In this document: piece by piece, positions 56,706 through 64,000 of the stretch
Layout: every line of letters starts with the position of its first letter
Position numbering within the stretch: the stretch's first letter is position 1
From: Candidatus Woesearchaeota archaeon
GTDB taxonomy: Archaea > Nanobdellota > Nanobdellia > Woesearchaeales > GCA-2685855
Reading direction: 5' to 3'
Assembly (NCBI GenBank): GCA_002685855.1
Contig: NYYS01000018.1
Coordinates: forward strand, 12,859 to 76,858
Length of the DNA stretch: 64,000 bases
Translations under genes and position numbers: made by a program
The notes under the pieces: generated by a model
Told to the model about the DNA's origin: nothing
What the model saw: the letters and a program-made list of their open reading frames with translations, nothing else
Databases searched by the model: none

Positions 56706-57967
56706 TGAAAAAAGCCCTAACCTGGATCCTTGTATTTCTCATCCTGCTAAGCACAGTTACAGCCCTGGGCATAGCACCCTCCAGAAAAGTCATCGACTAC
56801 GAACCCGGAGAAATACAATTAGGAGGAAGAATCCTCAACAACGAAAAACAAGCCATGAAAGTCATGCTTATTGCAGAAGGACCCCTCAAAGAACACGTAA
56901 CCTTTGAACAAAACATACTAAACATAAAACAAGATCAAGGAGAATTCCCCTTCACCTACACAGTAGACATTCCCGAAAGTCTCGAACCCGGAACACAAGA
57001 AATCAACATCCTTGCTGTACAACTCCCTCCTGACGAAACCGTCCTTGTAGTCAATCTTCCCGGAGATGACACACCCGAATCAATCATAACAACAAGCTAC
57101 GAAACAGAAAAAAATGTAGATGACCAAAAAGAAGTATCAGCAAGAATAGCAGTAACACAACAACTCCGCATCATGGTTCCCTTCCCCGGACAATGGGTAG
57201 ACGGAAGACTCTTTATCCAAACAGCCAACATAGGTGATGACATCGAATTCGTAGTCAGCATCTTCAACAGAGGAACAGAACCCGTAAACGTATCAGGAAG
57301 AATCATCATAAAAGGACCCACAAACCAACTCATCGACGAAATCGAGCTCACAACACAACACCTTGCAGAAAACGGAGAAGGAAAACTCGTAGGACAATGG
57401 AAAAATGTAGAATATGCAGGAGAATACCTCGCAGAAGCACAAATCCTCTTTGCAGACAAACACTTCACACTCCAAAAACAATTCAGCGTTGGAAACCTCT
57501 TTATCCAAATCAAAGACATCGTTGTAGCAAACTTCAGACTTGGAAGCATCGCAAAATTCGACGTCCTCGTAAGAAACCAATGGAACAAAGCAGTCCAAGA
57601 AATCTTTGCAAACTTCACTGTCCTTGACAAAGCAGGAAAAGTACTATCAACATTCAAAAGCTCAGAAATCTCACTCCAAGCACTCCAGGAAGGAAACGTT
57701 ACCGGATACTGGGACACCGCAGGAGTAGATCAGGGAGCCTACGACATCAACGTCATACTCAACTACGCAAGCAGAACATCTGAAAAACTTTTCTCAGCAG
57801 TTGTTGGACTCGACTCAATTGAATTCATCAACTCTCCCATAGGAAGAGTCATAGACGATTCTGAACGTTTCCAACAAACCTACCAACTACTCATTGCACT
57901 TGTCGGATTATTAATACTACTAAATATTGTTGGCATAACTATCTTCATCCGAAAAAAGAGAAGCTAG
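56690..57967 (+). CDS. surface protein with signal peptide, beta-sandwich (CARDB-like) repeats and C-terminal TM anchor
   Basis: Signal 'LTWILVFLILLSTVTALG'. C-terminal 'LLIALVGLLILLNIVGITIFIRKKRS'. Overlaps the giant gene's stop by 16 nt. Confidence 0.55.
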   Translation: MATIMMKKALTWILVFLILLSTVTALGIAPSRKVIDYEPGEIQLGGRILNNEKQAMKVMLIAEGPLKEHVTFEQNILNIKQDQGEFPFTYTVDIPESLEPGTQEINILAVQLPPDETVLVVNLPGDDTPESIITTSYETEKNVDDQKEVSARIAVTQQLRIMVPFPGQWVDGRLFIQTANIGDDIEFVVSIFNRGTEPVNVSGRIIIKGPTNQLIDEIELTTQHLAENGEGKLVGQWKNVEYAGEYLAEAQILFADKHFTLQKQFSVGNLFIQIKDIVVANFRLGSIAKFDVLVRNQWNKAVQEIFANFTVLDKAGKVLSTFKSSEISLQALQEGNVTGYWDTAGVDQGAYDINVILNYASRTSEKLFSAVVGLDSIEFINSPIGRVIDDSERFQQTYQLLIALVGLLILLNIVGITIFIRKKRS

Positions 57968-58033
57968 CAATCCTCCCTGTTTCTTAAAAACCAATATAAT
58001 AAACTTTATAAACCACCTGAAAAATCATCGCAG

Positions 58034-58675
58034 ATGGACGGCCAACCCCCATCCAAAATAGTGGTAAAAACATCCGGGATTCACAACAAAGGAGTTTTTA
58101 CCACGACCTTTATTTCTAAAGGAGACAATATAATAGAATACATAGGAGAAAAAATCACAAAAGAAGAAGCCGAAAAAAGAGCAGAGCAAGTACGACTAAA
58201 AGCCAAACAAAACCCTTCAAACGGCTCAGTCTACATCTTCAATCTAAACAAACACTACGACCTCGATGGAGACCTGCCGCATAACACCGCAAAATATATT
58301 AACCACTCCTGCGAACCAAACTGTGAAGCAATAGACGAAGATGGCCGCATCTGGATCGTAGCACTCAAAAAAATCAAAGAAGGCGAAGAACTCACCTACG
58401 ACTACGGCTATGACATTGAAGACTACGAAGAACACCCCTGCAAATGCGGAAAAAACTGCTGCATAGGTTACATTATTTCAAAAGTCCAATGGCCCAAACT
58501 AAAAAAACGCCTTAAAAAAAAGAAATATTTAATAAATAAAACAATACAAAAGGAAGAATGGATAAAAAATGCCCCTTTTGCAAATCCCGTTCTATCAAAT
58601 ACATCAAAGAACAAAACACCCGATTTCTCATCTGTACCAAATGCAACTATGATGAATACTCCAAAGATCAAGTGA
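58034..58675 (+). CDS. SET-domain protein (protein lysine methyltransferase family)
   Basis: 'NHSCEPNCEA', 'ELTYDYGYD' and post-SET 'CKCGKNCCIGY'. Lys-rich C-terminal tail. Confidence 0.75.
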   Translation: MDGQPPSKIVVKTSGIHNKGVFTTTFISKGDNIIEYIGEKITKEEAEKRAEQVRLKAKQNPSNGSVYIFNLNKHYDLDGDLPHNTAKYINHSCEPNCEAIDEDGRIWIVALKKIKEGEELTYDYGYDIEDYEEHPCKCGKNCCIGYIISKVQWPKLKKRLKKKKYLINKTIQKEEWIKNAPFANPVLSNTSKNKTPDFSSVPNATMMNTPKIK

Positions 58676-58764
58676 CACCCTCATATAGGTCTTCTCAAAA
58701 AGAAAAATCCCAACATACAATCTATAAAACAGGCGGAAAAACACGAACCCAGAAGAAGTCATAA
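58558..58764 (+). CDS. small C4 zinc-ribbon protein (68 aa), overlapping the 3' tail of the SET gene in another frame
   Basis: 'CPFCKS...CTKCNY' zinc ribbon. Followed by hairpin + T7 terminator-like element at ~58805-58840. Confidence 0.3.
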   Translation: MDKKCPFCKSRSIKYIKEQNTRFLICTKCNYDEYSKDQVTPSYRSSQKEKSQHTIYKTGGKTRTQKKS

Positions 58765-59082
58765 TGCTTTCAATCAGTAACATTTTAATACACGAAAAAA
58801 AGATAGCCCCGCCCTTTAGGGCGTGGGATCTTTTTTTGTCTTAGAAATCAAAGATTTCTGAGATGCCAAAATGCTTTGCATTTTGAGCATGTCCTAAAAA
58901 CTGCATTTCAAAGAAAGCGCAGGCAAGCCCCAGGACCCTGGGCAGCAAAATTATTTGCTCAAACAATACTAAAAAACCTTCACCAAGAACATTAATACAC
59001 CTCCTTCTAACCCCCCTGAATGTCCTTTTTCCCTTTTAAACCACAAGAAAACCTTTAAATACCGCCCAAAGCCCCCTTCTCC

Positions 59083-60351
59083 ATGACGCGCGAAAACCCC
59101 CTGGCCTTTGTAATGTGCGGAGGAAAAGGACAGAGACTATCCCCCCTTACAGAACACCGAGCAAAACCCGCAGTATCCTTCGGAGGAAGCAACAAAGTTG
59201 TAGACTTTGCCCTAAGCAATCTCTACCACTCCCACATCAGAAGAATCTGCGTTCTCACCCAATACGAATCTCTGCCACTTGACTGGCACGTAAAACTCGG
59301 ATGGTTCCCAAAATTTGGAACAGGAGTTGACGAATTCATAACAGTCGAACCCGCAAGACAAAAACAATCAGGCCATAGACTCTATCTCGGAACAGCAGAC
59401 TCAGTCACACAAAACCTCCGTTACATCAACCTCATACAACCCGACATCGTCAACGTCTTTGCAGGCGACCACATCTACTTCATGGACATCTCCCAGATGA
59501 ACCAGTTCCACAGAGAAAAAAATGCAGACCTGACAATATCAGCAATCCCTGTCCCCTGCGAACTCGCAGCAAACAACTACGGAGTCCTGGTAGTAGACAA
59601 CGACTGGCAACTTAAACAATTCCAGGAAAAACCTGAAAATCCCATACCTATGCCCGGCAACCCTGACTACTGCCTTGCATCAATGGGCAACTACACATTT
59701 CAACCAAATATCCTCCTCGAAGAACTCACACAGGACGAAGCCAAAACAACAGTATCAAAAGAACAAGCCAGAGAGGACCTAGACCGCTATTCAACACACG
59801 ACTTTGGAGACGATATCATCCCCTCCATGCTTAGAAAAGGAAGAAATATTTGCGTCTACGATTTCACAACCAACACTGTCCCCGGTCTCACACCCAACCA
59901 AAAAGGATACTGGAGAGACATCGGAGATCTCGACCAGTTCTACAAAGCAAACATGGAGGTTAGAGCAGTCGTTCCTCCAATAAACCTCTACAATACCAAC
60001 TGGGAAATCCTCACCTACCCAGAAGCATCCCAACCCGTAAAACAGGTGGGAACAGTAAAAACAGTCGAATCGATCATCGCACCCGGATCCATAATCACAA
60101 ACGCCCAAATTAAAGGATCTGTAATAGCCTACAATGCACGAATAGGAAAAGATGCAGTTCTCATCGATTCAATCCTATTAGGCCATAACACAATTGGAAA
60201 AAACACTATCATTCGAAACGCGATCATCGATCGTGATGTAGACATCCCTGCAGGAGAACAAATAGGAATCATGCCAGAAGAAGACAACGAACGCTTTGAA
60301 ATCTCAGATGAAGGTATTGTCATCGTCCCCGCAGGATACCAATTTAGTTAA
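59083..60351 (+). CDS. glgC: glucose-1-phosphate adenylyltransferase (GlgC-family sugar nucleotidyltransferase)
   Basis: 'MCGGKGQRLSPLTEHRAKPAVSFGG.NKVVDFALSNL' GlgC signature. C-terminal left-handed beta-helix repeats. Confidence 0.7.
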   Translation: MTRENPLAFVMCGGKGQRLSPLTEHRAKPAVSFGGSNKVVDFALSNLYHSHIRRICVLTQYESLPLDWHVKLGWFPKFGTGVDEFITVEPARQKQSGHRLYLGTADSVTQNLRYINLIQPDIVNVFAGDHIYFMDISQMNQFHREKNADLTISAIPVPCELAANNYGVLVVDNDWQLKQFQEKPENPIPMPGNPDYCLASMGNYTFQPNILLEELTQDEAKTTVSKEQAREDLDRYSTHDFGDDIIPSMLRKGRNICVYDFTTNTVPGLTPNQKGYWRDIGDLDQFYKANMEVRAVVPPINLYNTNWEILTYPEASQPVKQVGTVKTVESIIAPGSIITNAQIKGSVIAYNARIGKDAVLIDSILLGHNTIGKNTIIRNAIIDRDVDIPAGEQIGIMPEEDNERFEISDEGIVIVPAGYQFS

Positions 60352-60364
60352 AAAGAAAAACCCC

Positions 60365-60844
60365 ATGAAAAAAAAATACCTACGCCCCATAATGGCAGGA
60401 CTCATTGCAGGCACTCTCTCAATCACAACAATGAGTGCAACTTCACTCTATCTCTCTCTCCGCAATCAGGAAGACACTATTAGAGGAATACTCTACACAG
60501 AACACATCCTCCCAGACCATCGTCAAGGACCTCTTTATAGAATAAACCTTCTTGAAGAACTCACCCTTGTACAAGAGGAAGGAAGAGTAATAGGTAATGC
60601 AAAAATTGGAACCTATGCAGTCCAAGGATCTTTAGAAGAACTCACAGAACTCAAGGAACGATTCGAACCCGGAGACCTCCTGGAACTTGAGACCCACTCC
60701 TCTGGCTGGTATCTCACAAACGACAAAAACAAACTATTCATCATTCGAACACTAACTCCCCAACAAGTTCACCTCGAAAAAAAAAGAGAACCCTACTTTA
60801 ACAGAAGACATCAACACTCAATCCGTCCACCGCCCCAAGCATAA
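60365..60844 (+). CDS. membrane-anchored hypothetical protein
   Basis: Start moved to 'MKKKYLRPIMAGLIAGTL' (TM helix) just after the glgC stop; the longer track ORF overlaps glgC. Confidence 0.4.
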   Translation: MKKKYLRPIMAGLIAGTLSITTMSATSLYLSLRNQEDTIRGILYTEHILPDHRQGPLYRINLLEELTLVQEEGRVIGNAKIGTYAVQGSLEELTELKERFEPGDLLELETHSSGWYLTNDKNKLFIIRTLTPQQVHLEKKREPYFNRRHQHSIRPPPQA

Positions 60845-60847
60845 CCC

Positions 60848-62080
60848 CTACCTTTTCAGAATCTTAACTCTCTTAATCCCCCTCTTAGTAACCTGATCAA
60901 CCTCAATAACAACCTTCTTCAACTTAATCTTCTCACCCTTAAACGGAATCCTCTGCAACTTATTCTGAATAAAACCACCAATCGTATTAAACTCCTTCTC
61001 TTCCAACTCAATACTAAAGTACTCGTTAATCTCCTCAATAGGCGTACGCGCATCAGCACTAAACATCTTCTTCCCCTCCTTCCTAAACCACTTACTTGAT
61101 TTCTTGCTCTTATCAAAGATATCCCCAACAATCTCCTCAAGGATATCCTCCAACGTTACCATCCCCGAAACAGCCTCATACTCATCCACAACAATAGCAA
61201 GAGGAACCTTCCTGCCTTGAAACTCGACAAGAAGATCATCAATCTCCTTACACTCAGGAACAAAATAGGCCGGCTGCGCCAACGTCTTCACCTTAACATC
61301 CAAACGCTTATTCTTTGCATACTTCAACACATCATCAACATCCAAGATCCCAACAACATTATCCTTAGAATCAATATATATCGGATATCGGGAAAACCCG
61401 TTCTTCACAACCGAGTTCAACACAAACCGCAACTTCTTCCGCCCATCCACCATCTTCATATCAACCTCAGGAGTCATAATCTTCGTAACCCTTGTACCCT
61501 CAAAATCCAAAACATTATGCATAATCTCAGCAGCCTCCTTACTCAGAAGACCCTCCTGCTTTCCCATCGTAACAATAGTACGCAACTCCTCAGGAGATAG
61601 TTCCTCTCCACTCTTTGATCCCAACAACTTTGAAATCATCCGTGAAATAAAATCAAACACCTTCACAACAGGAGACAAAATAATAGACAGCACCTCAATC
61701 GGCCGCGCAACCAATAGGGAAATACGTTCAGCATTCTGAGAAGCAAACGTCTTAGGAGTAATCTCTCCAAACACCAACACCAAAAAGGTCATCACCCCTG
61801 TTGCAATACCCACACCCGAAGATCCAAACAACTCAGTAAAAATCACCGTAGCATAGGCAGCAGCACCAATATTCACAACATTATTCCCCACAAGAATCGT
61901 AATAATCATCCGATGCGGACGCTCCTTAATCCGCAACAAAGCCTCAGCACCCCTCTTCTTCTGCTTCACCAGGGCCTGAACCTTAATCATATTCAAAGAA
62001 ACAAGAGCAGTCTCCACACCAGAGAAAAAACCAGAAAAAAATAATAACACCGCTAAAAAAAGTAGTGGGGGTCCAAGCAT
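60848..62080 (-). CDS. CNNM/CorC-HlyC family transporter (DUF21 TM domain + CBS pair + CorC_HlyC)
   Basis: DUF21 N-terminus 'FFSGVETALVSL'. CBS pair. C-terminal 'TIGGFIQNKLQRIPFKGEKI' CorC_HlyC domain. Confidence 0.7.
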   Translation of the reverse strand: MLGPPLLFLAVLLFFSGFFSGVETALVSLNMIKVQALVKQKKRGAEALLRIKERPHRMIITILVGNNVVNIGAAAYATVIFTELFGSSGVGIATGVMTFLVLVFGEITPKTFASQNAERISLLVARPIEVLSIILSPVVKVFDFISRMISKLLGSKSGEELSPEELRTIVTMGKQEGLLSKEAAEIMHNVLDFEGTRVTKIMTPEVDMKMVDGRKKLRFVLNSVVKNGFSRYPIYIDSKDNVVGILDVDDVLKYAKNKRLDVKVKTLAQPAYFVPECKEIDDLLVEFQGRKVPLAIVVDEYEAVSGMVTLEDILEEIVGDIFDKSKKSSKWFRKEGKKMFSADARTPIEEINEYFSIELEEKEFNTIGGFIQNKLQRIPFKGEKIKLKKVVIEVDQVTKRGIKRVKILKR

Positions 62081-62226
62081 AGATATCTCTCATGCCTCTT
62101 AACCAGGAATCATTTATAAACATTACGCATAAAACCCGAAAAAGATCCCCTTCGCTCCAACACATCCTCTCTCTAGCAACCCCCAAAAGATCACATTCTT
62201 TATAAACACCCACGAACAAAAAAAGA

Positions 62227-64000
62227 GATGGCCGAACTGCAGAGAACCCTCAGCTACAAAGCCCTCCTGCTCATAGCAATAAACAGCATCATGGGAACAG
62301 GAATCTTCTTTCTTCCCGCCCTAGGAGCCAAACTCGCAGGACCCGCAAGCATCCTCTCCTGGATCCTCCTCAGTATCATGAGCATCGGCATCGCAATGTG
62401 CTTTGCAGAACTTGCCTCCATGTACCCAACATCAGGAGGAATATACGAATATGCAAAACGCGCCTACGGAAGCTTCCCAAGCTTCATCATAGGATGGGGA
62501 ACTGTCGTAGCAGGAAATATAACCATAGCCATGCTCGTAGTCGGAGCAATCCAATACCTCAACCCCGCCATACCCACACTCTTCAAAATTGGAGTAAGCC
62601 TCTTCTTCGTCCTCTCTTTCAACTATATTGGATACAAGGGCATGCAAACAAGCAAAGTCATGCTCATCACCTTTGCATTCATCACCCTCGGATCCCTCCT
62701 CGGCATTATCCTCCCCGGAATTTTCTTCATCTCCACAACAAACTTCACCCCCTTTGTTGTCACACCCCTCCCCTTCATCTTCATAACCATCTTCTTTATT
62801 GCAGAAACCTTCTTTGGCTGGGAAACCGTAACATTCCTAGCAGAAGAAACAAAAGATGCAGAAAAAAACATCCCAAAAGTCCTCATTCAATCAACCTTCA
62901 TCATCGCAGCCATCTGTATCCTCTTTGTCCTCACCTCCATGAGCATCCTCCCCTGGAGCGAACTCGCAGAATCAGCAGCACCCCTCGCCTCACTCGCAAC
63001 AGGAATATATGGAGCAAAAGGAGCAAGCATCTTCGCAATCCTTGTCTACCTCTCCATCATTGGAAGCGTAGCAGGATGGATCGTCAGTGGACCCCGCCTC
63101 CTCCTTGCACTCGCAAAAGACAAACTCTTCCTCACCCAATTTGCAAAAATCCACCCCAAATACAACACACCCTATATGGCAATCATCTTCCAAACAATCC
63201 TAACAAGCATCCTCGTCATCGTAGGGGCAGGAAGCTACCACACCCTTCTCAATCTCCTCCTTCCTCTAGTCCTCATCCTCTACTCAACCGTTATTCTTGC
63301 ACTCATCATCCTCAGAAAAAAACACCCAACCCAACCAAGAGGCTACAAAGTACCCTTTGGCATACCCGGATGCATTCTCCTCATCTTTATCAACATCGGA
63401 CTCATCGCATACTGGCTCCTCAACATGGCAGGAAGCTTCCAACTCTTCACGCTCATGATCCTCTTTGTCATAATAGGATTGCCACTCTACCTCCTCCTCG
63501 TCCTCTACTACAATCCCGAAGCCACAATAGCAGTAACATCCTCCCTTGCCTACCTCAACGCCATCTTTGAAAACTTCACCCTCTCAAAAAAGATCCGAAA
63601 AGAACTCCTCGCCTTCTTTCCCAACCTCAAAGGAAAAAAAGTCCTTGAATATGGCGCAGGAGTAGGAACCCTCACAAAACACATCGCAGACGCAGTCGGA
63701 GACGGCGGAGTCGTCTTTGCAACAGACATCAGCCAAAAAAACGTCAAACTCCTCAAAAAAAGAATGGAATACAGAAAAATAAAACACGTCAACGCAATCG
63801 TAGACGAACACCAATTCAGCAGAGTCCACCCCGACATAGAAAACGTAGAAGTCATCTTCAGCGTCGGCATGCTCAGCTACATACAAGACCTTGAACACGT
63901 ACTCAAAGACATGAACCGCATCCTCCCCGAAGACGGAAAAATCCTCTTTGTAGAATATGTGGACTACTTCTGGGGACTCATCCCCAACCCCCAATGGCTC
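62227..64000 (+). CDS. APC-family amino-acid permease fused to a C-terminal class I SAM-dependent methyltransferase domain; 3' end runs off the window
   Basis: Permease 'IAINSIMGTGIFFLP...GGIYEYAKRAYG'. MTase motif I 'VLEYGAGVGTLTKHIA...VVFATDIS'. No stop to nt 64000. Real frame is +1 relative to the junk track ORF 62398-63570. Confidence 0.6.

Noticed and set aside
57097-57717. 206-aa minus-strand ORF and several 60-110-aa minus ORFs inside the giant surface-protein genes (e.g. 49446-49898, 55115-55450)
   Set aside because: Antisense to very long, motif-rich + strand genes. Their translations are Phe/Val/Cys-rich, typical of reverse-strand reading of A/C-rich codons.
1-64000. CRISPR arrays, rRNA genes, transposase/integrase genes
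   Set aside because: No regularly spaced direct repeats with unique spacers, no rRNA-like conserved stretches, and no recognisable DDE/tyrosine-recombinase ORFs were seen. The only repeats are the short regulatory-type ones listed.

Overview
This 64 kb window looks like a chromosomal fragment of a small-genome archaeon, probably DPANN-like. Archaeal markers are TFS (TFIIS-type Zn ribbon), Taw1/TYW1, an Nmd3 homologue, S26B-type signal peptidase, a Hel308-type helicase, leaderless genes with TATA boxes, and tRNAs with BHB-type and non-canonical introns. Over most of the window the + strand is strongly C>G and A>T regardless of gene orientation. Islands of balanced or AT-rich composition (6183-8903, ~14050-20600, 37330-38380, 42746-44150, 46177-47800) carry accessory-looking genes. 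Core genes include MoxR+VWA, aspartate racemase, a PDH E1alpha/E1beta/E2 + LipA + thioredoxin-like operon, a ThyX / thymidylate-kinase / HAD / dCMP-deaminase cluster, GlgC, a SET-domain protein, a CNNM/CorC transporter and an APC permease fused to a methyltransferase. The most unusual items are: (i) a tRNA-Ile(GAU) carrying a 12-nt anticodon-loop intron plus a ~134-nt T-arm intron, and a tRNA-Pro(CGG) with a ~32-nt intron near position 26 and a 30-bp upstream duplication. (ii) A signal-peptide mini-RHS protein ending in a barnase-like RNase toxin domain, inside an AT-rich island with Lys-rich downstream ORFs and paired palindromic operator-like sites. (iii) Three genes that clearly continue through an in-frame TGA, an in-frame TAG or a frameshift. 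(iv) A Hel308 helicase lacking its N-terminal ATPase domain. (v) A foreign-composition RimK / ATP-grasp / LD-carboxypeptidase island next to the Asp racemase. (vi) A 2750-aa FG-GAP/LamG surface protein. The provided ORF track disagrees by one base with block-counted coordinates around 62.4 kb, so coordinates there are approximate.
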